Source of the DNA: Streblomastix strix
Lineage: Eukaryota
Assembly (NCBI GenBank): GCA_008636045.1
Contig: SNRW01000049.1
Span: 1-34,694, forward strand
Direction of reading: 5' to 3'
DNA: 34,694 nt
Shown: positions 13,701 to 24,800 of the stretch, piece after piece
How the letters are laid out: every line of letters starts with the position of its first letter
Position numbering within the stretch: the stretch's first letter is position 1
The notes under the pieces: model-generated
Databases searched by the model: none
Told to the model about the DNA's origin: nothing
What the model saw: the letters and a program-made list of their open reading frames with translations, nothing else
Position numbers and translations under genes: made by a program

Positions 13701-16700
13701 ATTGATAAGAAAAATAATAATCTTAAATATCATCATATTCATCATCATCACCACCACCATCATCATCTTTAATAATAATAATAAGAAGAAGAAGAATAAT
13801 AATAATCAAATATTAATAATATAGAATAATTAGATGAATAATAAATATAGACAGAAATTAATTAAAGAAATCATTCTCCATTATCTTATAGTTCAATTAA
13901 ATAGAAAGATGATTAATCTTTATCTCTTTCTTCTCGGTCTAACAAATCTTCATCTCGATCTGAAAAATCAAATAAATAATAGAAATTAAAGAAATAATAT
14001 GGATAAAGTAAAATAAATTTAAAAGATTAGTAATTACAATAATAGACAGAGAATTAATTTGATAAAGAAATGATGACTATTAAGAGAAAAGCATAATTAT
14101 TGAATATTACTGATACTAATTAGTATGAAAAAGAAAATCCTGAATTATAAATATCTACACGTGCATCTTCTCGTATTTCTTTTATTCCTCAACAATCTCC
14201 TTTGATCTAAGCATCTTAATAATAAAAGAAAAAACAAAGTAGAAAATAGAAATAAAATAAACTTTCAAATCAATAAACATAAAAATCTAATCATAATAAA
14301 AGAATGAATACTTATTCATCATTTAATTCATCTGTATCTTCCAATTCAAGACAATCAGCTCGCTCAAAATATTCTCTTTTGTCCATTTCACAATCTAATT
14401 CTTCATCCTAAGATTCTGCATCATCATCTACTTTCTCTTCATCTATTTCATAATCGCAGCATTCTATTTCATATTCTTCTATTTCATATTCTTATTCTTC
14501 ATCATCAACTTAACATTAAGAGAAAAAATTGAAAATAAGTAAGAAATTAAATAATTAAAAGAAAAATAAATTAATTAATAAATAAATAAAAAAGGATTAG
14601 AGCATTAGATCGTTTCAATCAAATACTTCAAATGGAAATTTAAATATTAAAAAAATTAATAATTTCAAAGCAAATTAAATATTATAAAAGAAGAAAAACA
14701 ATGAAAAAAATTAAAATTAATAACAAAATTAGCAAAATAAAGATTTAAATATAAATATACAATAATAATAAAATGAATAAATAAATAAATAACAAAAAGA
14801 TGAAATTATTACGAAATAAATCGAAGAAAATGACTAATAAATTGTGAAAGAATAAAATACTAATATAGAAAAACAGAAGAAAAGGACATAAAATCATAAA
14901 TCGCACCACCATCATTAAAAACATCATCATCATCATCATCATCATCACAAGAATAATGAATAATAAGAAAAAGAATTAGATAAATAGAATGGTGATGATT
15001 TGATTAAAGTTAATAATTAAATTGTTCCTTAAGATTTAACTCAAAATAATAATGAACTTTAAAATTAAGAATAATAATAGAATTAAGATGATATTCTTTA
15101 GAACAATTCATTAAGTTCAGAATAATAAAAAGAACTTGAATAATAAGATATAGCTTAATAATAAATATTAAAAAAGCACCTAAATCCAGAATATAATCCT
15201 TTTATTCCTTAATCATTCTAGCATTTGATAAGAGTGATAAAAGATTATCATCCAAATTTATTATCTTTATAATAATTAAGAAAAGATATATATTTAATAT
15301 ATTAGGACAAATAAGAGGCTGATTAACTTGATAAATAAAATAATAAAGAAACTTAGAGATTGAGTGAATTTGTATTTGATTATTATTTATATTAATTAGT
15401 ATGAATATATTAATATTATAATAATAGATTTATTATTTTTATTAATTAGTATGAATATATTAATATTATAATAATAGATTTATATTTTCTATTCATTATT
15501 AAATCAATTACCTTTTTTTATTAGGGAATGAGAAATTTAGCTGAAATTAAAATTATTGACTTAATAGCATCTGTGAGAAAATATGCATATCTTTCATCTC
15601 GTGTGAGACTATTCGGAAAATTTTGTGGTATTTTAAATATTCAACATTTATAGGTATTGTATGACACTAATTATTAACATAATCATTAAATTATTGTTTC
15701 CTTTTTATCATTTTTTATTATATTTTAATATTCCTTAAATAGAGTGACCCATTTAATCTAAACTTATTTGATTTATAAAAAGAAGAAGAAAGAAAATAAA
15801 TTATAAAGGTTTGATAAAGATTTAATATTAATTCATCAGTAATTTAAACTTTTGTTGGGTATACTTTTCTGTTTCAATTATAATTATTTTTATTTTATCA
15901 TTTAATAATTGTATAAAAAGGATGCACGTAGTGAATTAATTTAATAGTAAGAGGAAAAGGAGATGAACGAAAAAGAATAGTAGAAAGAATAAAAAAAGAT
16001 TATGTAATAGACTATTAAAGGAGAAGATTAACATATTATTGAAAATAATGATGATATTTTATTAAATTAAAAGTAATTATCATTGAAATTTGCAGCTAAA
16101 GCAGATGTCGCAGTTTAAAAGTTTGAAAATTTACTAAAGAAAAAAAGAAACGAAAATAATAATGTAAATATCAATTAAATGAAATAATAATAATAATAAG
16201 ATGATGAAGATAATAATAGAGATAATTAGTTTGGAAATGAATAATTTGATAGTGGAAATTATTTTAATTTTGATTTATAGAAATAAAAAAAACTAATGAT
16301 GAACGCATTTTCTGGTATTGAAGATGAAACAGGTAAAGATTAAACAGATTAATAATAATAATCATCAGATAGATAAATAGACTAAAATTAGAATTAATAA
16401 ATTAAATTAAAATAATTTTAACCAAAATAAAAACAATTTTTAAATAAATTATCATTTGGATAAAATAAATAAGATTTTGAAATGAAAATTATATAATAAC
16501 CTTCTGTATCTAATTTGAATTTATTAAAATAATAAAGAATTAATAATATTACTTTAAATGAAAGATTAAAATCCGGTCAACAATCATCAATTTCATTATT
16601 AACATCTAATTCATCATCTTCTTTCTTTCCTAATTAACCGCAATTTTCTTCAATGCAAATAAAATAATAGACAAAATAATAATCATAATTATAAAAAGAA

Positions 16701-18155
16701 ATGCATTAATAATAATTGAAATAATAATTTGAAGGAGAGTTAACAATTAAAAAGAAGAAAGGAATTTAGAATGTTTTGGATTATTTGTAAATAGAATAAA
16801 TAGACGTAAAAGGAAATATTAGTAACAATGATATTAAGAATTATAGAGATAATTTTGATAGAAATAAGTTTATAATATAATAATTTAATAAAATTAATAT
16901 TTATTTTTTATTTATTTTAACGTTTTTTCATTACTTCTGCTTCTCTATTTAATATATTTAGTATTGCAGTTTAAAAATAATAATAATTAGATGACATTTC
17001 CCCTCACTCGTTTGACTTACAGTGGCCAAAAGCGGCTATTGATTTCACGATGAGATTATTATAATTGATTTTGTAAAAAGGCACTGCATTAGCATTACCA
17101 ACGCTTTCTACAGCAGATGAATAATTTATCATATCAATTACAAGAGCTGTAGAATCAGCTTAATAATTCTTTAAAGTTATAATATTATTATCTAAATTAA
17201 ATAATTCATATATCAATTATTTCACATATATATCATATATATTTTTCATTATATTTATTGATATTAATAACAGGATATGCCAGATAAATCAAAATAACAT
17301 ATAATCGCAGAAATATAGAGAATTGGTGCTGATGGGTATGCATCTAAAATTAAATTAAACAGAATAAATTCAAATATTTTTCTTTTTATTTTTTATATAT
17401 AAATTTTCAATAGTACTGTTAATGTTGATGAAATGTTGGAACTCGCTACAATTGAATATATGACCTAATATTACATCTTAATATAAAAAATCAGCAACAT
17501 ATTAGCATTCTCTGCATTTTAAAATTCACCTTATCTTTCTAAGATATTTGCATAGAAAGCCAGAAATAATGGAGTTGATGAAATTGAGGTGTTAAATGCA
17601 GAAGAAGAATATTTGGAAGTATTTTCTGTGCTTTCTTCTCTTTCAACAGAGTCAATCCTTACATTTAATGAGTTTCGGTCTATAGTAAAAGTATTACAAC
17701 CTACATTAGAAGAACGAATGGCAGTAAGACTTTATAGAGAATCGCTATGTTATTTTGATTCATTAGTTATTAGCCCATTCTCATTATTAATCGTTTGTGA
17801 TAACGCGGGAATTTTTGGTAATGCAGGAACATCTCTGAAAATACCGAATAATATTTTAATATAAGTTGATGAAGATAATAATTAGCTACAAAATATAATA
17901 AGTATAATTTGGAAATCTTCATATCCATTATTAAGTAGCAAACTGATAGATATATAGACTAAGTAACCAAATCTTCCAATATCTGCATTTGGAACGCTTC
18001 GAAATAGAATTGAAAATATAAGTGTTGTTGTTTCATCTAATAAGACTCCATAGCGAGCTTTGCGTGAGATCAGAAGCCTCTTTGTAGATTTATCATTACT
18101 TGGAGGAGATTTAACATAAGGAAGAGGTGAAAGGAATTAGATAATGATGTTTTGA
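4703..18155 (+). CDS. Giant (~4,009 aa) protein: N-terminal axonemal dynein light chain (p28/DNALI1/AXDND1-type) domain, coiled coil, Q/E/K/S/N low-complexity middle, C-terminal TSNAXIP1-like/EF-hand-like region; contains 3 in-frame TGA
   Basis: Exons 4703-5623, 5716-5879, 5929-6139, 6242-6472, 6577-6769, 6963-11444, 11529-12244, 12351-12695, 12792-15398, 15525-15653, 15743-15808, 15921-16867, 16962-17175, 17274-17335, 17414-18155 sum to 12,030 nt (divisible by 3) with compatible intron phases. Motifs: EPTRQDAELLEKWID...AFNELNRQVTTSCLERGHLLTHLW (Ax_dynein_light FxELxRQVxxxCxERGxLL); IYQDKQEADQLD...LSEFVFDYYLYQLGMRNLAEIKIIDLIASVRKY...RVRLFGKFCG; LTFNEFRSIVKVLQPTLEERMAVRLYRESL. In-frame TGA at 5201, 6041 and 13590; terminal TGA at 18153-18155. 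Confidence 0.8.
6473..6576 (+). other. Probable non-canonical GC-AG spliceosomal intron
   Basis: The downstream exon (LRETNNNLEQDIQKLQS) needs a phase-0 donor. The GT dinucleotides at 6477, 6501 and 6520 are phase 1, 1 and 2, whereas GCATGT at 6473 is phase 0 and resembles GTATGT. The acceptor is ttttag at 6576. Confidence 0.6.
15381..15483 (+). repeat. ~50-bp tandem duplication spanning a 5' splice site
   Basis: attaattagtatgaatatattaatattataataatagatttat occurs at 15391 and again at 15441 (period 50), duplicating the GTATGA donor (15399 and 15449). Confidence 0.9.
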
Positions 18156-18361
18156 TAAAGATGATCATATTAATTTATTTTATAAAAACCTTGTATTATA
18201 TTTATTTCACGTACTAATTGTTTTTTTCAAAATTATATCTAATATTGACATTTTCTCTTTTTGTGAAGATTAATAAAATATCCTATAAATAACCAAAATT
18301 GAATATACATGTGAACCAATTTATATTTTTTTCTAGTCATTATTCCTACTATTATATATTC

Positions 18362-18843
18362 AGTATATTTTAAAATTTTTAATATAAATCCAACACTTTA
18401 ATTATCCTCAAAAAAAACCCAAACTTAACCCAACAACAAGTGAGAAATTAAAATAAAAGATCTCAATGTTATGCATTAATCACTACTGTAAATTATGTGT
18501 TTTTCTATATATATTATCCAGAAATAATTTTTTTAATTTGGAATCATTCTCAATAATAACATTTATTTTAATTCCATCGAGTTATGTCTCGCTGAAATTC
18601 ATATGAAAAAAAACAACTATTACGCTCGCGTAACAATCATTCAGTTTATATATCTACATTATTATTATTATTATTATTATATATTCTTTGCTTCTAACCC
18701 TTCCACCACATACTCACAAATAAATTCACATTAAGCGACATTTAACCAAATGATTTAAATTTTTTTAATAAACAAGTCGAGTGTTCTCAAATAATTAATA
18801 CATTTATCTTTTGTATTATATTAAATTTTTGATAAATTGACTT
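18362..18843 (+). repeat. Left arm of a long inverted repeat; forms the upstream region of MED10
   Basis: Reverse complement of 21231-21700, e.g. aatccaacactttaattatcctc, attccatcgagttatgtctcgctgaaattcatatg and ttccaccacatactcacaaataaattcac are all mirrored. The arms differ by scattered substitutions and (ATT)n length. Confidence 0.95.
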
Positions 18844-18910
18844 GATCTCATTTTATTTGCTGATTTATTTTCTTTTCTTAAAGACTATTAGTTATTATAT
18901 TTAAGTTCAT

Positions 18911-19498
18911 ATGTCGGCTGAGCTTGAAGAACTTCTAAAATCCGCGTATCTTGGATTGATTCGTCTTCAATAAATGGCTGAAGGTACAATATAATCATCA
19001 GATGATTAATTTAAAGAGGAAATGTTTGGTTATTCTATATGTATTATCCATATGTAAAATTGATTTTTTTTATTAACCAACCATTTTGTAGTTAAAATTC
19101 TATGGAAATTATGAATAATATGTATGAAATGAAAGATGCCGTACCCATTCCTATACCAGAAGAGATTATTTAGTGTGATATACTTTATTATTCCTTTCTT
19201 AATCTTAATTAATCCTCATTTATTTCACAGATTAATAGACCGCAATGTTCATCCAGATGTATTCACACAAGAGCTTCTTGCACAAACATTGAACAAGATT
19301 AATTAAATGAATACTTAATTGGTCTCTTATGAGGTTTGCTAATTATTTAATACATTTACTTCTTAGTACTCCTATCAGTTGCTTAAAGGGAGATTAAATG
19401 CAACTGGAATAAATTCAAGTGAAGAGGAAGCAAATGCAATTTTAAGTCAAATTAACTTAGAAATATAAAAGCAAAAGGAAAATTAGGAAGTATAATGA
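18911..19498 (+). CDS. MED10: Mediator of RNA polymerase II transcription subunit 10 (Med10/Nut2); exons 18911-19023, 19092-19172, 19231-19333, 19367-19498 (142 aa)
   Basis: Spliced protein MSAELEELLKSAYLGLIRLQQMAEG...PIPEEIIQLIDRNVHPDVFTQELLAQTLNKINQMNTQL matches the Med10 signature (VPxEvxxyIDxGrNPxxyTxexlexxxxxN). Three GT-AG introns with consistent phase; TGA at 19496-19498. The last 33-nt intron is in frame and less certain. Confidence 0.8.
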
Positions 19499-19641
19499 AA
19501 TACAAATATCTTTTGCTAATTTTCTATCAAATGTATAGATTGATTTATAGTTTTATTTCACAATAATATTATTAAATATGAAAGAGTAATAAGATAGCGC
19601 AAAAGATGTTAAAAACTAATTTATATAATATTCAATGGTAT

Positions 19642-21114
19642 TCATTTCTTCTTCAATATGCCTCCACCTCCTTTCACAATTACTTTACTATTTGACATGT
19701 ATGAAGAAGAGTTATTCCTCCCAAGAGCTGTATTTCGTAAGGCAAAATTTCGAGCAGCTGGAGACATGGCGAGTAATTGTTGTCGTGGTGTTTGTGGTGC
19801 CATTGCTCGAGGTGTCTACATATTTGCTGCTCCTGACATACGTGGTGTGAGTGATGTAATCTAATTAAGTGAAATGTGACCTTGTTTCTTCTTCATAGCT
19901 ATTTGAGATGGTGTTGATTGGCTTCGTGTTACTCTAACAGCCAAAGCAGCTCTCATTTTATCAGCGATGGCATGTGCTCCTTCTTCCCTCGCTGGTGTTG
20001 GCGGCATCCTGAATATTCTCTCATCTGCAACTCCAGCTCCAATTTATAGACCCAATTCCTCTGATCCTGTATTGATTAATTTGGGAGTACTTCCAACTGA
20101 TCCCCAAGTAATGAATGGTGTTACTCCTCCTTATGCAAGTCTCCCTGGAGAAGGTGCAGGTGTATTGATCTGTAAATCTGATACATTGGATCCAATATTT
20201 GGTGTTACTCCACCCCAACCCCAATTAACTCCTGGACCACCGACTTATTCTTCTTCATTTATTGGATCATTTGTTTTAATTAGTTAATTATTAGATTCAA
20301 TTATACTTGTTATTTCATCTCCAGTTAAATTATCTCTTTTAAATCGAGTATTTTATCTTCTCACAATAGAAGGAGGTCCCATTTACTCTTATGGATCAAG
20401 TTATTAATCACCTGGTGGAAGACTGACAGATGTTGAAGTGATGGCCATTGCAAGTGTCGGTGGTATTGATGATGTTGATGATGTTGATGTTGAATTGATG
20501 TGAATTGGTTATTCGGATCTTAATACAATCGCTGATGAGTTTTCACTGCGTAAAATTATCGCTGTTGAATTATCTTTTTAGGTTTAATTTCCATCAGTGA
20601 GCTGATGATAAATAAAGAGTAATAATTATATATATTAAAATAAACATTTTGTAGATATACCATTTTTATTTATTCTTATGGTTGTAAATTGTTTTCTAAG
20701 TTCTAATTCTATTTTTTATTTCTAGAAAAAGCCCACTGCATAAAATGAATTAAAGAAATAAATTATAAATCAAATAAACAAATAAAAGATCATAAACCCA
20801 TCTCTATTGGCGGAAACGTTCACTTTGATCATCCATCAATTCTCGAAAACTGGACATAAAAATATATTATACGTATATTTAATATAACAAACAAACCTAT
20901 CAGTATCCTCAGCTGTTATGTGCTCATGAATTGTATCAAGGTGTGCTTTTGTTTTATTAATTTCTTCCTTCTACTGTAATGTTTGACCTTCAATATCACC
21001 AATACCTTCAATAGTTTGACTTCGCAATGTTTTCAAGTCTGGGAAAAAATCACGCTCAATTACATTCCTAAGAATATTCATATATTTTTTCTGATCAAGT
21101 ACGTTTTCAGCCAT
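19642..21114 (-). CDS. ESS2: Splicing factor ESS-2 / ES2 / DGCR14 homolog; exons 21114-20897, 20849-20798, 20735-20661, 20601-19642 (434 aa)
   Basis: MAENVLDQKKYMNILRNVIERDFFPDL, ITAEDTDSFRELMD, TPAPSPG..TPFITWGSVGSTP, FRMPPTPAREE and MSPAARNF match ES2-family motifs (VLDExxY..IxRDFFPD, TSEDNASF, SPxMTWGxxxxTP, SPAAQ). Ends at TGA (tca at 19642-19644). Confidence 0.92.
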
Positions 21115-21230
21115 AAAATTCTATGTTTCTATTCAAAATAAACAAAATTAAGAAATATTATCAAATTTCTGGATTGTTAATATTAATTTTGTATCAATAT
21201 ACAGAATAATAAAGTAATTTAGAAAAAATG

Positions 21231-21700
21231 AAGTCAATTTATCAAAAATTTAATATAATACAAAAGATAAGAGTATTAATTATTTGAGAACGCACAACTT
21301 GTTTATTAAATAAATTTAAATCATTTGGTTAAATATCGTTTAATGTGAATTTATTTGTGAGTATGTGGTGGAAGAGTTAGAAGCAAAATATATATAATAA
21401 TAATGTAGATATATAAACTGAATGATTGTTGCGCGAGCGTAATAGTTGTTTTTTTCATATGAATTTCAGCGAGACATAACTCGATGGAATTAAAATAAAT
21501 GTTATTATTGAGAATGATTCCGAATTAAAAAAATTATTTTTGGATAATATATATAGAAAAACACATAATTTACAGTAGTGATTAATGCATAACATTGAGA
21601 TCTTTTATTTTAAATACTCACTTGTTGTTGGGTTAAGTTTGGGTTTTTTTTTGAGGATAATTAAAGTGTTGGATTTATATTAAAAATATTAAAATATACT
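21231..21700 (-). repeat. Right arm of the long inverted repeat; forms the upstream region of ESS2
   Basis: Reverse complement of 18362-18843; its inner end is 116 nt upstream of the ESS2 ATG. Confidence 0.95.
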
Positions 21701-21808
21701 AAATGTTTATACACAACCTTTATTAATCAACTTGTTCAGTTATGAAATGAATAAAAATCATTCAACAAGCAAAATTAAATAATTTTATAATTTGAGGGGT
21801 TTTACCAT

Positions 21809-24800
21809 TCATAAATTTTTAGTGTAATTTCTTTCGTTAATGACCTGAACAGATGCGATTTCCCTATTAAGATTTTATGTTGGAACTTGAGATTCAGGAG
21901 ATGTACATGAATGATTTGACTAATTAGCCTGAGGGAGCAATGAAGTTGTAGATTATGAACTTGGAGATAAATTTAATTGTGAGGAATTTGCATATATTGG
22001 ATGGAAAGACAAGTTGAAATTCTTATTTTAAGTTTCTGTATCATTATACTATAAGAATTGATTTGTTCCAAAATGAAATGATTCAATGGATGATTCTGAA
22101 TGAACTGATGGTGATGCTTATCCTGGGGTTTAAAAGAATGATGATGAAGAAGAAATCAGTGAAAATGGAGATTAAATAGTAGAATCATACGATTTATCTG
22201 AATGATTAGACACTGGAGAGAATATTTGATTAGAACTATTCATTACAACATTTGAAGGAGATATTTGAATGGATTATGGAATTGATAGAATATTTGTTGA
22301 TGAGTGTTATTAATTGCTCTTATTTTTCTTTCCTTACGAACTCAACTGTTTATTCTTATTTAATTAATTGTTAATATTTAGTTAATTATTCAATTAAATT
22401 GTATTTTATTTATTATCTGCTTAATTCTTTTATAAAAATTAGGAAATTAAAATATTTGGTTCGGATGTTGTTCGAGTAATTCCACCTTCATTTGATCTTT
22501 GAATTTCTAACTATTAATGTGAATATTAATTAATTCCTTTTCTTTTTTCAATTCCAGCTTTGTAGAAGTTTAATGTCAGTTCAGTTCCTGCATATTCATC
22601 ATCAGGTTAATAAACAGAGTTCTTGTGTTTGATTCTAATGTGTTTGTTATGATCTTATTATATGTTTCCAATATGATTTGTTGATGTTTAATTGTGTTTT
22701 GTTTATCTTTCATTTATATTCCCATTATATGATGGAGATGGAGGAGGAAGATCAATAGCAGGTGACTAATCATATAGAATGACATTTTAGTTATTAATAA
22801 TTGAAATTGGTGTTTAGTCTTTGCTAATTAACTCTTAAGTATTTTATTAATGAATAATGTGAGAATTGATGGAAGTATGTTTTTTCTTTGAATTATTATT
22901 ATGATGATGATGAGAATGATGTGTTTATGACGATTTGGATGAAATGAAAGAACTTATAGATGTGTTGGAATCATAAGATGATAGAGATGATAAAGTTTAT
23001 TGAGCAGGAGATTTCATTTATTTTTCAGATTAAACATTTTTATGGGTATCTTATTTGTACTTAATCCTAATGTGTTTATTACTATTATGAGAATTTGATT
23101 TATGGCTTTAATATGTTGATTTGCTTGATCTACTTATGTTACTATTGGATGATATGCTATAACTACTTATACTATCACTTATATTACTTAATGTTCTGCT
23201 ATGATCACTTGAATCTAAACTTGGACTTAAACTTACAAAACTGCTATATTCCGACCCATTTTCTTGGTCAGATGAGTTATTCTGTAAATTATCTTATATT
23301 TTATTAATTTATTATTATTTGATTTATTTTTTATTAAAATTTATCTTTTGATTATTTGAATCTTATTATTCCAAATTTGTTTTTTATTGTTTTTATTAGG
23401 CAGGTTTCATATTATTTCTTTAAAAATTTTATTATTAAAATATGTTTTAATCTTGTTTTGATTTTGAGAGAGATTCATTATTCTGGGGAAATGATTTATT
23501 TATATGATCAGAAGAATTTTAATTCAATGTCGTGTTTTATTCTTCCCAAGCTGAATAATCACGAAAAGTGTTTGTCTCTCTATTCTTAATTTGTTAAGTT
23601 TAAAAATGTGGCTATTAAATAATATTTGAAGAAAATTATTATTATAACTAATTATATTAAGGTTACATAATTGTTCCATTATTAAAACTTGGAGGATAAA
23701 AATATAACCCATTTACATTCATCTGAGGGTTTTAAATAACTGGAAACATTCCTGGTATCTGAAATTGATTATTTAATGACTACAGTCCAAATAGTTATTA
23801 TTATTATTATTATTAATTACTAATAGTTTATTCTGACTTTTCTTTTGCTAAAGACGATTTTTTCCCTGGATAATTATTTGATTATTGATTTTGTGGTAAA
23901 AAAGAAGCTGGGTTGAGAAACTGCATTGTGGATGGTATTTATGAAGAAGATTAAGAGGGTTTTATTGTAAAGTGAGATGTTTATTATTTTGTTTTATTTG
24001 AAACTGGTGATTTTTATAATACTGTTGGCATTTAATCAATATGATCTTCTTTCTCTTAACATTTCTAATTATAACATTATTCATCCTCATTATTTTCATT
24101 TTATTTTTCTATCATTTCAATATATTTCTACTCATCATCTGTATTTAATTCACCTTACTTCACCAATAAATCAGGATAAAAAGGAGAATTGGCAAATATA
24201 TAACCATATCCTGGGTAAGGCAATACATTTTAAGGTACTAAATGACTTCCTCCAGATCCACCGCTGTCTTTAGAAATTGTAGTTTGCAGAGTATGTGCAG
24301 TCTTAGCTGATGCTACTGACCACATTCCAGCTGTTCTGGTTGTTGTTGTAGATATATGAGAATATATTGATAATTTGTCTGATAAGTCTTCTTTGATACT
24401 ATCTTTCTCCTTATCTTTAAGCTTTTATATATTTAAATTCAATTCTTTCTCTTTTGGCACCTCATCTTTAGTTAATAATCTCTCTTTCTCAAATATCTAT
24501 TTATCATCTTAATCTTCTGCATCTTATGTCTCTGCAACAGAGGATAATGAAGGCATTGTTGATGTCCTTTGTGTATGTGTAGATATATGAGACCTGACTG
24601 AAACAAGATCTGATTTGTCTTCTTTCTCTTTCAATTCTTCATCTCCATCTTCATATTATCCAGATTAATTATAAGGTATTGGTTGTTAAGGAAAATGTAA
24701 TGGAAATAAATTATTCATTTAATTATTACTTATTCCAGATCCAGTTTAAGAAGAAATCATCCTTTGCTATTGAGCTAATGCAGTATAATATAGTGAAGGA

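Noticed and set aside
13730..14950. Two poly-His runs and many poly-Q/E/D/S runs
   Set aside because: Ordinary trinucleotide low-complexity tracts, pervasive in this genome; no evidence for a specific function.
18415..18440. cccaaacttaacccaacaac, telomere-like motif in the inverted-repeat arm
   Set aside because: Only two degenerate units and no tandem array; insufficient to call an interstitial telomere or chromosome-breakage signal.
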